Source of the DNA: the human T2T-CHM13v2.0 reference genome, Homo sapiens
Direction: 5' to 3' (one strand)
Assembly: GCF_009914755.1 (NCBI RefSeq)
Contig: NC_060930.1
DNA: 64,000 bases
This document shows positions 1-16,200 of the stretch, in pieces (position 1 is the stretch's first letter; each line of letters begins with the position of its first letter). The position numbers and the translations under genes are program-made. Under the pieces are notes generated by a model that made no database searches, was not told the origin of the DNA, and saw only the letters and a program-made list of their open reading frames with translations.

Positions 1-1235
1 TCCCACAGGCAGGTCATGCTATGCGATGCCAGCTTAAGGGAAGAGCAGGTTATGGTGTGATAAGAAAAGTTCCCCTAACACAACTCAGAACCTTTCTTAC
101 CCACCCATCCATCCATTCATTCAACAAATACTCACTGAGTGTCTACTAGGATAAAGAACTGTTCTGGCCATTGAGAGCATGATGATGAACAAAGTCTATC
201 TTGGAATTTGGACCCCATTGATGGAGTTCATATGTGGTATCAACTTCCTCACTCTTCCTGTCTCTACACACATTTCTTGGAGGTCCATGACAAGAAAAAA
301 AATTCCCAAGCCTGATTGGAATAACAGTTTGCGCTATTAAATAGCACAATGAATGAGAGAGAAAAGCTAGTTTAACCAAGAGGAAGAATAAAGTGAAAGA
401 TCAAAAAAAAATCTGGTGTTACAGACATGATTTAAGATCTGGGTTAAGGATTTGCATCAGCCACTCATGCAAAAATTTTCAATATGAACATCTCTAGGCA
501 GAATATAACACTCGACAGTGGGATGGGAGCACTAGCGTAATTTTTAGAAGCTTCCATTCTGAAGTCTCCTGTGCCTGGTTCAAACCCCAGATTTTTATGC
601 TTATTGACTACATGATTTTAGGCTATACTCTCCAAGACTACTTTTTTAATTCTTTTCAATAAAGATATTAATACTACCCATCTAATAGGGTTTCTTTGAA
701 GACTGAAACAAATATTAGTTCTGGGGCACACACTTCATAAATTTTAGCTATAATTATCATAGAAACAGGTCAACAGACTTGAGAATTTAAGTGTAAGTAG
801 AGAATTAGTCCATACAAGAGCTAGGAATTTTCTTATTTCCAAGTGTTTTTTTTTCCCCCACCATATGTTTTATGATAATAAAGCTTGAGCCAAGAATTGT
901 GGATTCAACAAACACTTTTCTTTTTCACACCAAGATAAAAATGAACGACTGTATATTGTAGCTAGCATATCAGTCATTTATAATGGATTCAAATAGTAAT
1001 TATTTAAATAAGAACAATCCCCAGCAAAATTCTGAGTCCAAACTAACTTTCACCTACACTTTGGCTTCTAAATTATCACTCACTTCTCTAGTTTCCCACA
1101 GTCAATCATAGTGTTCTAAAGAAGTAAGAAGAATTTAATTATTAGCCCAAGAGAAACATACAATGGAGAAAAACACAAACATACAATGCAGTCCATGGAT
1201 TTTTGGATGATCTCTTTTATTGGTATAGATCAGAT

Positions 1236-1370
1236 CAGTGGCTCTTAACTCAGGCTTCACCCCCACCAGAACGTCCAATATAATTAGTCTGAGGTGGGGG
1301 CCATGCATGTTTTTTTAAAGCCTACCAGGTGGATCTAACTAATATGAGCCAAGGTAAAGAGGTACTATTG
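1236..1370. mobile_element. MER5A-like hAT DNA transposon remnant
   Basis: cagtggctcttaac start and an internal aagcctaccaggtggatctaa block resembling MER5A. Confidence 0.45.
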
Positions 1371-1725
1371 TAGATAATACTGAGACGATTTAAAAGAATT
1401 TGAGAATGAAAATTCTGGTAATCATATACAGTAAGTGAGCACTTAAAATATGAGTTATAATATTTAACAATTAACCAATAAGTCTTAGTTAATGTTTTAT
1501 CTGTGGGAAAATAAGTTATGACTAAGATAAAGTTTGACTTATTAAAGAAAACCCCCCCCCAAAATCTGTTAAATTTATGATATAATTATAAAATATTAGC
1601 CCAAATAAAATATTTATATAACCACATAGCCATGCATTCTTCACAGGAGGTACATGTTCACTCATTACTTGAAAATAATGATCAGGTAAGAAGAATCTTT
1701 TTCACACACAATGACTAATACGTAC

Positions 1726-1821
1726 TTTTTACAATGAAGTTCTGTACAGAAATAGATTTGGAAATCATCAGAATTGTGAAGCACATAAAGAAAGCAGCAT
1801 CTTTCTTCAAATTTAGAAATA
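1726..1821 (-). CDS. MAP3K5: MAP3K5 exon 13 (96 nt), ISKFEERCCFLYVLHNSDDFQIYFCTELHCKK
   Basis: Acceptor ggtttcag|TAT, donor AAA|gtacgt; phase 2 to 2. Confidence 0.95.
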
Positions 1822-2387
1822 CTGAAACCAACAAACAAAAAGGCATTATTCAGAGAACTATCAATTCTTCTACAGTCCTATGATGAAAAAGAAATGTTTT
1901 AAATTCAATCCCATTTATATCAATGTTGTTTATAACAAGAAGTTATAAATAGCACTTTAAAAAGTGATACTTCCTGCACCACACTACTAAAATGATTTAC
2001 TCTTCCGAGAGGTGTCCTCCTCCTCATCTCTGCAGAGCAGGGCTGCTCTAGGGTGTTGCAAGCACACGTAAACTACACATCCTTTCAACAGAGCAGGGAA
2101 AGGTGTCCTGCCTACTACACTATTCTGTGTGCTGGGAGGAAAAGCATAAATACCAACTGGCTGGCTAACCTCGGTGATTCTGGTGCTATGCAATCTGTAG
2201 AACAATGAAATGTTTCCAAAGCTAGGCAGTCAATTTGTGGAGGCAGTAAAAGCACCTCATTCATTATAGAGATTTTAGAGGAGTGAAGCAATGTGCAAGT
2301 GCACTCGGTTAGGACTCAGTGAGTGGCTGACTTTACGGCAATATGAAACAGTTTTCAGTTGACCCACTAGGCCATGCTGTTTTATGC

Positions 2388-2596
2388 CAGGGATTGGCAA
2401 CCATTTTCTGTAACAGGCCAGATAGTAAAATACTTTAGGTTTTTCAGGCCACACTATGTAATTCTGCTGCTGAAGCATGACAGCTGCCTAAGAGGATGCA
2501 TAAATGAATGAACATGGCTGTGTTCCAATAAAACTTTATTTACAGGACAGGTGAAGGACCAGATGTAGTCCAGGGGGCACAGTTTGTCAATCCTTA
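2388..2596 (+). mobile_element. MER58A hAT-Charlie MITE
   Basis: cagggattggcaa...ggccagatagtaaa...gctgtgttccaataaaactttattt...agtttgtcaatcc, with terminal inverted repeats. Confidence 0.8.
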
Positions 2597-2599
2597 TTT

Positions 2600-2945
2600 T
2601 GTGCCTTTGTGCCTGCTGGTCCTTCCATTTGGAATGCATGTCGTTTTTTACTTTTAAAAGAAACTCTATTCACGATTTAAGGCCCAGCTTAGACCTCACC
2701 TTCTCTCCCTGCCCTACTTCTGCCCTAAACAGAAAGACTTCCTCTTACACCTGTGTCCTCTGAGTATACTTCTTTCATTGCTCTTCTCACACTGTATTGT
2801 CATGAGTTGTTAAATGTCTGTTCCTCTCCCTGCTGGGCTGTGAATTCCTCAAGAGAGGAGTTGATGTCTTAGTCATTTTTGTATCTTTGGCAGAACAGGA
2901 CTCAACATTTGACACACAGCTCATGCTCAGTTAATGCCCACTAAC
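2600..2945 (+). mobile_element. L2 LINE 3' fragment
   Basis: Degenerate L2 3' motifs (ctgtgaattcctcaagagagga...catgctcagttaatg). Confidence 0.5.
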
Positions 2946-3889
2946 TCGAGCTGTGCAAGTTCTGAGGTGACGCAAGGCAAGCTGCTGACCTAGTTGGATT
3001 TTCTTCCATAGTTTGTCATCTCTTCTTTGTGGAGGAGGAGGCCAGGAAGAATGAGCTCTCTTTGAAGTCACAGACTACAACTCAAGTTTCTCAGCATATA
3101 AGCCAGCAATAGTAAGATAGATAGTAGCAGCCTATGTATAAGTCATAAATCACAACAACTGTTACATAGGGCTACCATACCTAATTAAAGAAAATTTATT
3201 CATTGGAAAACAGATATGATAAAGTGAAATTTACATTTACCATACTTTCTTAAGTGGATTGCTTAAAAATGCAGCAATAAATAGTGAGTGCCTTGCTAAT
3301 GACTGGCTTTAAAAATTAAATATTAAGAGTACAGTTTTATTTGAGAAAGTATCGACTGAAAGATATATAATGAGTCAGTCCATCATCTTGCTTGTTTCTG
3401 TTCAGATCATTCATGAGGTAACAGGTAGCTTTACCAGGAGAACTCCAATTATTAGTGACTCAGACCGCTCTACCAATTTATGCTCTAATAAAACCAATTA
3501 TTATTATTCCAAAAGCAACAGGATATTGCATAACCAGGCTGCAAAAATCTGTTGTCTCTCATTGCTATGACGTGGGGGTAAACAGTAGTTAGCACATCTA
3601 ATTTGGTTTGAAATCTGCAAGAGTTGATTTAGCATGAGCTTCAATAGAACAATTATTTAAAGACTTAACCACTGACTCTTGATTCTTAAAAAAATATATA
3701 TATATTATTTCTAAATCCCAAGAAATGGCATTTTCTAAGCTACTGGCATTGTGACAGCAGTCAGAACTGAACCAAACTGAAGTTCACCACTGTAATCTCA
3801 AGATCAATGCAGGAAAGTGACCTTACAGAAGGTTTTTTTTTTTTTTAATGGACTCCTTATCATCTGAAGTCATTAGTGTTAGTGACAGG

Positions 3890-4362
<473 letters not shown>

Positions 4363-4692
4363 CTATTACATAAACCAACAGCTCAGCTAAAGAGGACCTC
4401 CACATGGCTGAGTGTAATCTACATTTTGATTCTGGTCCATAGTTCACATTGACCCCACAGTTACATTTTAAGTAGGTCAGGAGCACAGAATCAGTTCAAC
4501 CAGCAGTGAACATTTTGTTGCAAATCTCTTCCTAAAGGAGATAGTGACACTGAAGAAGGCTGGGCATTTCCACCAATTGAATGATTCTTGACATTCCTTG
4601 TATTTTAAAATCATGATTAGAAGTTCTATCCAGCCCATGAATAGTGGAGAAAAATGTCTTATAAGTTAACAAAATGTACCAAGGAAACTTAC

Positions 4693-4742
4693 CTCACTCC
4701 CCTGACAGAAGAGGCACTAAAATTCCACTCATGTATACCTTT
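4693..4742 (-). CDS. MAP3K5: MAP3K5 exon 12 (50 nt), KGIHEWNFSASSVRGVS
   Basis: Acceptor tgttctag|AAA, donor GAG|gtaagt; phase 0 to 2. Confidence 0.95.
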
Positions 4743-6766
4743 CTAGAACAACAACAAGAAAATATACTGAGTCATCCAAATGGAAAATAACATAACAACA
4801 ATAATTTTGTTTAATTATTTTTAAAGTGATATACACAGCCATTTTTCCTGGTACACTATTTTTCATGAAAGAATTATCTGGATGGAAAGCACAATTCATT
4901 CTCAAGTCCCAAGGGTAATGATTACTCTACTTAATAATTCCTGTACTTCAATAAAACAGCTTCCAAAAGAGCCTAGGAGAATTAGTCTCATTAAATTCTA
5001 AAACTTGATATCTAGTAATAACTGTTGTGTGTTAATTTTTAAGTAAAAAAAGTCAATGATCAAGGTAATTCTATTATTACAGTTGAGAAATACTTCTTTT
5101 CCGAGAAAGATAAACATTAATTTGAATAACATCTCGGCAAGGTTTTAAAGATAACTATTTCTGAATTATCTTTAGTTAAGATTTCCAACTAAATAGGCGG
5201 TTCTATTTCTTTAGAAACTAGTAGAACAAGAATGTATGTGAACACACATGTGTACAGTGCCCATCATAACTACAAGGTATTGCTACCTAATTTATGCAAA
5301 ATTCCATATGCTAATAAAGTATGAACATCAAAAATTTGATTGTCATACTATAAACATGGGTGATTTGCAGAGCCAAGGTAAAGAAAAATGTGGGAATTTA
5401 TTTCTTGAGTTTATCACTAAAGCTAAGATAAAATTATTATCAAATTCATATGTCCCTAAAATAAATAACAAAATGGATCATAATCCCTTTAAAAATATGT
5501 CAACAGTATAAAATAGCATAAATATTTTTACAGAAACAAAGTAGTTTATCCATGTGTCTAAGTTGAGCAAGTACAGTACGGCAATAAACTGACACTGACA
5601 TTCAATTCTGTAAAGTTAAAACAACCATGAAAAGGAGTTCTTACCCACCCACTGCCAGGAGGCTGAGGTCTTGCCTGGGCTAATAAAATGGGTGACAAAG
5701 CCTTGTGGCTCTGAGGTGGCCTAGAACCCTCCTTTTGGCTAAAGCAACTCAAAAGCGACAATTTATATCTACAGCCCATAATTCTTTGCTAGGTCCATGC
5801 AACTTAAAGTAAAAATAGATCCTCTCAAGTCAGATGTGAATTTACTAAAAAGCTAGTTTCAGTGCATGTCAGTCAGGTCATGGGGATGTGATCTGAATGA
5901 ACGCAGAGCAAATTTTGTTGCATGAAGTCCAGGAGGGAAGATACCATAAAAAGGTATGTGGTGGCTGTCTTAACCAGAGTACAGAGGGAGTGAAATTAAA
6001 ATAGCAGACTGCAGCCTCAGCTGGTAATTTGGAAAGTTGCTTCTAAATCCTGTTGGCCTCAGGTGAACTTCTAAATATATATATATATATATGACCCAGG
6101 AGCTGCAGCTGTTACCTGTACACTACTTGCATACAATGCAGCCTTATCCTCAGAGCCTGCAGCTGAGCTGCTTTCCAAGACCATGTCCAGGAGCAGGAGG
6201 TGGGAGGCAAGTGCAGAGCTGAGGCAGTATGCAAACCCACCCCTGAACACAGCAACTGGCAAATACTAACAAGACAGCACTGGTAAAACCCATCTTCTAT
6301 CAGTCCTTTTCTGGGAACAGCTAAGTAAAAATTGTGGACTGGTTTTGTAGGAAAGGAGGGGAGCATTTCCAGAATGCTTGGTTCCTGAAAGGTTGCCAGT
6401 GCTGCCAGGGAACGTTCCATTTCAGTGATGTAAATAAAGCCCAAGCCCTGAGATGGAAGGTGGAAGGAGGCCTCCCTCCCCACCTACCTGTAGGACACAC
6501 CACAAGGAGGCGCTGATGAGCTGTAAAGCCAACAGGTAGTTTAAAGGCTCCTGGGATCTGTCTGGGAATCAGGGAAAACAGCAAGGCCAAACGCAGCGCT
6601 AGCTATAATTAGCCCCAACAGGCCTCAAACCAACACTCAACCTAATTTAATCAGCACAAGCACCATTTTCTAGGAACGGGTTAGCCTCAGATCCCAGGCC
6701 CCAGTTAGGGCTAGAATAGGAGCTGGAAGTTAATACTGTATTGACTGAAGGTGGCAGGAGTTATAC

Positions 6767-7490
<724 letters not shown>

Positions 7491-8989
7491 TGACAGCATC
7501 AAATCATCTTAATCTAGAATCAGGGGTAAGCATGTTTCCCTCATAAATTTCCTGGGCCTTCTGTGAGTGGCCACTGGCTGGAGCTGAAGTGAGGGAGGAG
7601 AGTCAGCACTTAGTCCTCCACTAGGCCCCTGCCTTTGCTTGATAATCCGTGAGGTAGGCCAAGGGTGCCCAAACTTCAACCCCCAAAAGGGGGGGAAATT
7701 CTAAATAACCATTTAAAACGCCCTGCAAATAACTTCTCTCTTCCTCAATCTTAAGTTTTTCTTTCATTGTACACATGCAGACTTTCTTCAAGGACTAACT
7801 TACTTTTCAGCAGCAACCATTCATTCAACAAATAGAGAACTGTTAAAAGATCGGGATTTCAATTAATTTTACCCCTGAATGTAGAGTAGCTCTCTCTAAG
7901 AGTCCTTGGGAATTGGTATATAATGTGCTTCAAGTTTTGAAAGTTGCAGTATAAAGTATATACTAGCTCACAGAGCTATTTATTCCATATGTTAGAATAA
8001 AAATAGTGAGAGGAGTGACTAAAGAAATAAACATGATAAATGAAAAGCTACATTCTCTATTCTAATTTTAGGAAAAATTTTTAAACATTCTGTGATAAAA
8101 ACAACCCATTTTTAGTTTAACATAAGACCTATTAAACTGGTTGCTTCTCTGTTATTTATAGTTGTTTTAAAGTAACATGGTAATAATAAAGTTTTTTTGT
8201 TTTTATTGCTTGTCCTCCTTCCAATTTTACCACTTTTATTTTAAAAAATTGAGAAAATGGTAGTGATAATGAATACACTATGGATAGAATCAGGGTTTGC
8301 AAAGAAATTGACATAAATTCAGAATGGAAACTGATACAAGAAAGCTTCAATTTTTGAACAAGGAGAATTTTTTAGCACTAAAAGTTATAGGAAATAAGGA
8401 CAACATAAATAAAATTCCTCCTGATCAAAAGATGGTGAAAATGGAAAATGGACAGTACATAACTTAAATTTGTAACCCTATTTAATGCACTTGTTTATAT
8501 CCTAATATATATCCTAATATTTCTTAGCATAATATAAAAATTGTCTCTATGATTGTCACAAAACATAAGAGAATGAAAACGAGGCTCACTTTACTGAGCA
8601 AAGAACCTCCAGGAAGGAGAAAACAATAACAAATTGCTGGAAATAGTACTCATTTTCCAAAAATCTCTGGCTTACTTTCTGTTCTTTTTCTGTCTTCCAA
8701 ATTCTTCTGGCTCTCTACTCATTCTCTAGGCCTTGCTAATCGCTAATTCCTCTAGCCTCACTCTGTTTCCAAGTGTCCTTGGATAACCTTGCTCTTTTCA
8801 ATCAAGCCTTTGAAAATCTCCTCCTCCAGTCCTGCTCTCGTCTCCATAATGTTCATGTCTCCTAACTGTTCTTAGTTTTTGTAGTTTCCACTGGATGATT
8901 AGTGTATCTCAGCTTGTGAGAACATGTATGTGTATACTTGCATACATGCAAAACAATATAAATATTGCACTGCACTTTAAAGCAATATC

Positions 8990-10110
8990 ACTAACATGTA
9001 TATAGACAGTTATATTGATTATTCCCAATTTTGCCACTGGATGATTCCACTTGGAGTCTTGCCATTAGTTTCAACTAAACACGTCCAAAATGAAATTCCT
9101 CATGATTCCTCTACAACTCAGGTTTTCCTTCTAAAAATCCTACCACCTTTATCAATGCAATCAAAACTTGAGTCACCTTACACTTACTCCCTCTTTTTAA
9201 TCCTTCTTCCTAATTTGTGATTAAGTTGTATACTTTTCTTTCCAAATCAAATCATCTGTCCCTTTGCAGTCACAATTGTATTATTCCACTCTAGGATCTC
9301 TACCTGCCTCATATCTAGCTAGTTCCTCTAACAGTCTTCTCTGTGACCCTCCAGAGCCTCAGACTTCAGAAATCAAATGTCAAGACCAGATCAGTCTTAT
9401 AGCTACACTAGCAACCATTATGGAGCACTTGTTCCAAGCCACTTAGCACTGTGCTAAATGATTTCCATTCATCCTCTCACTTAATCTTCACAACAATTCT
9501 ATGAGGTACTGTTATTCTCATTTTACATACATGGCAACTAAAGCATGAGGAGTTGAAGCGCATGCCTAGGCCACGAAGCATGCAAGAGCTAACATCAACC
9601 TTCACACCTATGCACTTTGATGCTGACCCTGGGTTCATAATTCACATTCTGTTCTGCCTTCCTGCCAGCTCTCAGATTTTCAGAAACGTCAGTGACATCC
9701 TGTTTCCTACCGACACATGTTTAAAATTCTTCTTCCTAGCTTACATAGCACTCTAGAGTTTTATGTCATCCTGCCCAACCAATCATATCTCCCACCTCCC
9801 TCAACACGTTTCCCCTTGTAGAATGAGTCAGACTCTGCCGGCCCCTGAACGTCCCATGCTTGCTTTCACTTTGGTGCCTTGGTTGGAATTCTGCCTTATT
9901 CTTCTAATCTAGTTTGTCTTCCCGTGTTCATTTATCTCTTCTAGTTCTACCCACAGCCAAAGTCCAGGTTCCACCTCCTTTAGCAAGCCTTCTCGAAGGA
10001 CTCCATGCCTCACTGATCTTCCTCCTCACTGAACGCCACAGACCAAGAACCCATAATGTCCTCCTCAGGAACCAGCACAGTCCCAAAGTCCACAGAACTC
10101 AAAAGAACGC
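8990..10110 (+). mobile_element. L2 fragments with a nested MIR (about 9420-9640)
   Basis: Pyrimidine-rich L2-like text; MIR core ttaatcttcacaacaattctatgaggtactgttattctcattttac. Confidence 0.5.
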
Positions 10111-10971
10111 TGGTAGATTGATTTGCTCTACCATCATCTCAACAGTGCTTTCCTCGGGTGTAGCATGATGCATTTTAACACAATTAAAATGACATGTTAG
10201 AAATGTTGCTGATGGGGTTGCTGGGGCAATGACTTCTTTCAAAGTCTTCCCTCTATTTACTGCACTCATGGAAGTGAGTCTCATGGGAAGCTATGTCTTA
10301 GCTGAAAGCCTGTCTTCAAAGTCCTTTGGCAAGGAAGTTTTCTGTTATGAATAAATTAGTATCACAAGTAACTTTTTCAAGTGTTTTTCCATACAATTGA
10401 CACTTCTAATAATGAAAAAGAATCAAGCTTCTGACTCTGCACACAGTGGCAAATATTGGCATGTGTAATCTGGGGCCTGTTGGGTGAAGATCCTTAAGTT
10501 ACCACAACCTATTGGTAGAGTGTCTCTAAATTTTGGATGTAGCCAGTCCCAAACTGACTTGTAAAAGTGTCAGCTTGGACAGTGTTTCACAAACTGGGAT
10601 TGGAGAAAGACCACAGTTCTGAAAGATGCTGCTCGGTATTGCTCAGTGCTACTAGATGGACTTGGTGTTGAGAGCATGAGAATGGATGTTTTTCTCCATG
10701 CTTATTATGTAATTTCATGTTGCCAACATTTAGTGTGCCTGCTAAAATACTAAGTTACAAGACTTAACGTGACCAACTTTATCTAAACATAGAACAAATT
10801 AAAATATAAATAACATGCATTCTGGGTGCTGCTTAGTATCTATTCATTTTAAACACAAGATACTGCCCTTCCTAGAAACTATAGCACCGGGACTGGTGAT
10901 TTCTTGCCACTCTGGTAGAGGTCACAGGGCCTGGCCATGATTGACATCCAGGAAGGATCTGTCCCAGCTGA

Positions 10972-11455
<484 letters not shown>

Positions 11456-11919
11456 TAATTAAACCAGCTCCCTGGGTGACTCTAATGCTGGTGTTCCAGG
11501 GAACCACATCTTGAAAAGCAGCATCCCCAGGAACCAGCTTAGCCATAAAGTCAAGGATGTAATAATTCTTGAGCTACTACAATTGAGTAATTACTATGTT
11601 TACATCCCTATTAAAGTTGTTATCAACCATGGGTGCACATCAGAATCATGGATAAATCTTCATAAAAATGCATGTGTCCAAGCTTCACTCTAAGTATAAA
11701 GGATTCCAACTAAGTCGGTCTCCTGGGATCCAGGGTATTGCAGATAATTCTGATGCAGAGCCAGGTTTGTGCCCCAGTTCAACACCAACAACCTCCCAAA
11801 TGATTACTCCCATGCCATTTAAAGGGCAAAGCAGGGTTAAACTCTGGGGTTTCAAAGTTAGGATTTAGTCCACATAATATGCACACTGCAGTGATTTATA
11901 ATTGTTTTTGTTGTTACTG

Positions 11920-12390
11920 TAGTTAAGATATATTGAACATCTATTATATGCCAGGCTCTGTGAAATGCACTCTACCAAATTATTTCATTTAACCTTCACA
12001 ACAGCCTTTTGAGATGGATATTATTATCTCATTCTACAGATGAGGACACCATAGCTTGGAGAAGCCAAGTTGCCCAAGGGCAGTGGTGGGATTTGAATCC
12101 AGGTCTATTGACTCAAGTCTACATGTAAAAAACTGCAAGCCCATACTCCCAAATTTACTTCCTGCTTCCACTTCCTGCTTTATTTTTCCCTTCTCACCAT
12201 TGAATATACCTATACATTTATTTATTGCTTTATTGCCCTATCTGAGTGGAAAGCAAGCACCATGGAGGCAGGAACTTCACTCATTTTGGACACAGCTGTT
12301 TCCCTAGGGTCTAACACCGTGTCTGGTAGTGCCTGATCCAGAGTAAGTGCTCAATAAACATTTATTAAATGAGTAAGTTGATGAATGATG
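11920..12390. mobile_element. MIR followed by an L2 3' end
   Basis: MIR core (cattctacagatgagga...gggatttgaatccaggtc); L2 tail gtgctcaataaacatttattaaatgagt. Confidence 0.6.
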
Positions 12391-13156
12391 GTTAAATAAA
12401 ATTATAAGGGCATTCTGGGAAACAGTTACGAGAAAGAAAATAAATGAACTATTTTTCCACAAGACTTCTCTCATTTCTGTTGGTTTATCCTGTGGACTGA
12501 AGCCAGGTCCTGAAAATGTCTGTTTGTAAAAAATAGTAGGATGATTTGCACATGCATTAAAACTGATGAATATAGAAGTGGAAAGGCTTATCCACATGAC
12601 TGCTATGAGCGGAAGTGAGACTGTTTTAAGATCTTTCTCAAAATAGGTGGTCGCACAGCCCACCTCACTTTGTGCACAGCACACTGAGTCAGTGGCTAAT
12701 CTGAGATTTGGCAACTACTTAGATAACAAAACAGCTAGATGTAATGATAACTATAATGGTACCAGTGTAAGATTAAAAGTGGCATCATTCTGACAGGCTT
12801 CCTAAAATTAACATATGCATCTTTTATGTCACGTATTTTAAGTATTAGTTCTTCGGTGCATAACTTACGGCATGAATTTACAAAAGAGAAATATTCCAAT
12901 TCTGAGTATGCTTTGGATGGTTATGCCATCTATAATAAAAATCCAAATAGTTCAATTATATTTTATTAATACTGATAAAAATTCATAATTCAAATTTAAC
13001 AAGTTTTATAATACGGAATGCATTTATGCCAAGACAGACACACAGCTGAGCTATTTCTTCTTAACTAACACAGACATTTGCTGGAGTATGTAAATGCTAG
13101 AAGGGTGTAAAGTCCCTTGTTACTAATGCTCTTGTGTTAATAACTGCACAATTTAC

Positions 13157-13264
13157 CTTGTCATCAGGAAGCACGTGCCAAATAGAGATTGTCTTTTCCT
13201 CAACTTCATTGTTGATAGACAAATAAGAAGGTTGATAGATTTTGGTTGGTTCTAATATTAATAC
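13157..13264 (-). CDS. MAP3K5: MAP3K5 exon 11 (108 nt), VLILEPTKIYQPSYLSINNEVEEKTISIWHVLPDDK (PH-like domain)
   Basis: Acceptor cttttcaag|GTA, donor AAG|gtaaat; phase 0 to 0. Confidence 0.97.
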
Positions 13265-16200
13265 CTTGAAAAGATACGGCAAAGAAACTAATATCAGTGA
13301 CTTAAGACTGAAACCACTTAGAGCTGCTATAACACCCCAGCACCAACGTAGAGGATTATTGCATGAGCTTCTGAATCTGTTCCTGGAGTAAACCATTTCA
13401 ACTTCTGATTGCTGTTATTCCTATAAATCCTTCAAGCATTTTACATTATTTATCAATTATCATAAGGTTCAATAATGCATCACCTTGTATTGCTAATAAG
13501 GTTAGAAATAAATTTTTGAAGTCCATACATGGGTTCAGCTATCCTCAGGGAATCTACTAGTGATAACTTTAAAAAATCTTCTATTTTATCATGTACTACA
13601 TAAGCTATTTCTATAAATATAAATGTGTCAAAGAAAGACAGAAAAGGTCCATACATAGAATGTCACATCCTTATTTTAGTTTTTCTGCTATCACACTTTA
13701 TCATACAGATGTAGTAGTATGGTTTTCATACCCATGTAAATAAACTTAGAAATGGTTTTGGTTATTCCTGAGTTTTATATACAAACCAAAGAAACAAACT
13801 TAGCTATATGAAATAATAAACACGTTTTTGCACTGCCTTCCAGATGAAACTGGCGTCTTCAATAATGATACATTTAGCCTTGTAAGAGAAAAAGAGAAAT
13901 AAAATTTGTTCCTATTTTGAAGCTCTATAAGGGGTATGTGATAAATGAGTTGAGAATCTCCATCAAAGGACAGCATGAAGTATTATATTATTACTAATAT
14001 CTCACATTTGGAGTGAATAATACTAAAATAACACACATGCCCTGATTTCAAAGGTGCTATGATTCATTATCTACTTGTATAGATGCTTAAAGGCATCTTC
14101 CTGGCCCAAATTTCCTAGGCAGACTTCACTAGGAATGTTTAAAAAAAGAAAAGTCAATACTTAACTATTAGAGGAACTGGAATAATCATTCTACTCTACT
14201 GCTTAACACTCAAGAAAATTATCTTTAGAACTAATCTTGAATCAAGCAAGTTTTCCAAATAAAAGTGGAGGAAAACTCCTTCAGAAGGCTCCACCCATAA
14301 GGAATTACAGATTCATAATACAGTAAAACATGAAATGCACTCTCAGAAAGCAGGCACAAGAATCTGGGCATATTTGTTTTACTCTCAACTTACCTTAACA
14401 GCGCATTTACTTAAGGTACAGGGAACTAGAGAAAGGGAGGTAGAAAAAAACAATTTTTCTTTACTCTTTGAATATTAAAAACGTTAAGGGCTCCAAGAAT
14501 TCTCAGTCAGTCTCTAGCTGTGAAAATAAGATGGGCTATGCAACAAATAAACACACAGTGAGAGCCCATAAGTGAACATATTCTGACTCAGGAACAAACT
14601 CACCCAGTGAATCAAAATCTTAATTCCAATCAACAGAGACATAAGCGGTAATGATGAATAATGAAAATCATTTTCCCATCTAAACTTTGCAGAAATGGTG
14701 CTCTCATATCTGAGTATCGCAATGTATATGAAATCAAAACAATAGAGAATAAAAGGTGGGTTTCCCAAAACATCATCCAACTCTCTTCATTGACAAGTGA
14801 GAATATACTCCATTCCCAAATTATGTGGGCACACTATTATACTCAACAGAAGAAAAGAAAAGCACTAACTCCTCTCTTGTTAAATTATGTCTTTATTGTC
14901 ATCTCAGTATTTCTAACAGATAAAATCTGAACTATGTGTCCCTAACTTGAGACAGGAAATAAAAACAAGGTTGTAACTATCACTGTCTAATATTTGTTGA
15001 GCTCTTTGCTCTATCCTTGAAATGACAAAATGTGAGAAATGCATAGCACACATTACAGAGGTCACAGAAAGGCTGGGAAACAGACCAGGGAATGGAGGCA
15101 ATTTGACAAAGTCTTAAAGGTAGATATACCTCACTTATGAGTTTATATATTCTTGCTTTTAGTTCCTTGTTTTTAGGTTAATATTATAATTAACTGCTAA
15201 TTTCATGTATCTGAATCAAAAAGGAAGACTGCAAGGCCTATAAAGGATAGATATTAACCAGATGTTTAAGTTTCTACAGGGTCTTTGAAGTACCATACGT
15301 CTCTCCTTCCTCTTTCCCGACGTTAGATAATGAGTTGATGGTCTCCAAACTTTTCAATGTAAGAAGGAAAGGAAATATACCAAGAGGAGAGGTAAGAAAA
15401 AAGAATAAATTGAAGTGATAAATGATGGTACCATTCAAATCATTTCCCAAATAAACTTTCAATTTTCTTTTGCCCAGAGTCACAGTTAATTCTTGGAGAA
15501 ATGAGAATGAATACAGTATTGAGATAAATAAAAACAATCAAATATTTTCTAAAATAGGCCATCCTGGATTTTATTTAGATGCATTTCAAAAGAAGGATAA
15601 TGTTATCATCCTAATCAACACCTACTGCAACCTTTGTAGTGTGAGCCACGGAAGATGCTATGCTAAGGACATGACAAGGTGCAGCGACCAAGATCGCCCC
15701 ACAGGTACTAAAAGGCTGCCTTTCTCTATGAGGGAGAGCACGGGTGGCAAATTCCGGAAGTGGTTACAACTTATTACCCAAATATTTGTCCTGTTTTTCT
15801 GCTATGCTATCATGTATACTGAGATTTAAAAATCATCTATATGGCTTTCATTATTTTTTAAAGCAGTATCTTTACAGTTTCTGCAACGCTTTATCATACA
15901 TGTAAATATAAGAAAACAATCAAGCGGTTAATCCTAAAGCAATTTCCATTAAATTTGGAGCTTCTTGGTAGACTGGCATTTTCTAGACACAAATGAAGTC
16001 GTTGTAGGAAAACTCAAGAAGGACTACAAAATTGTACAATTTTGTCCTCTGTGTAACAACAAACTATAGAAAAGAAGTTTTGAGTAGCTGAGTTATGAAT
16101 TCTGATGTAGGAGTAGTATTTAGAGATGAGGGGGAAAACACTGCATTTTAGAGTCTTGTCACAAAAAGACAGACCCCAAATAAGCCACAAAGTTTCAAGA

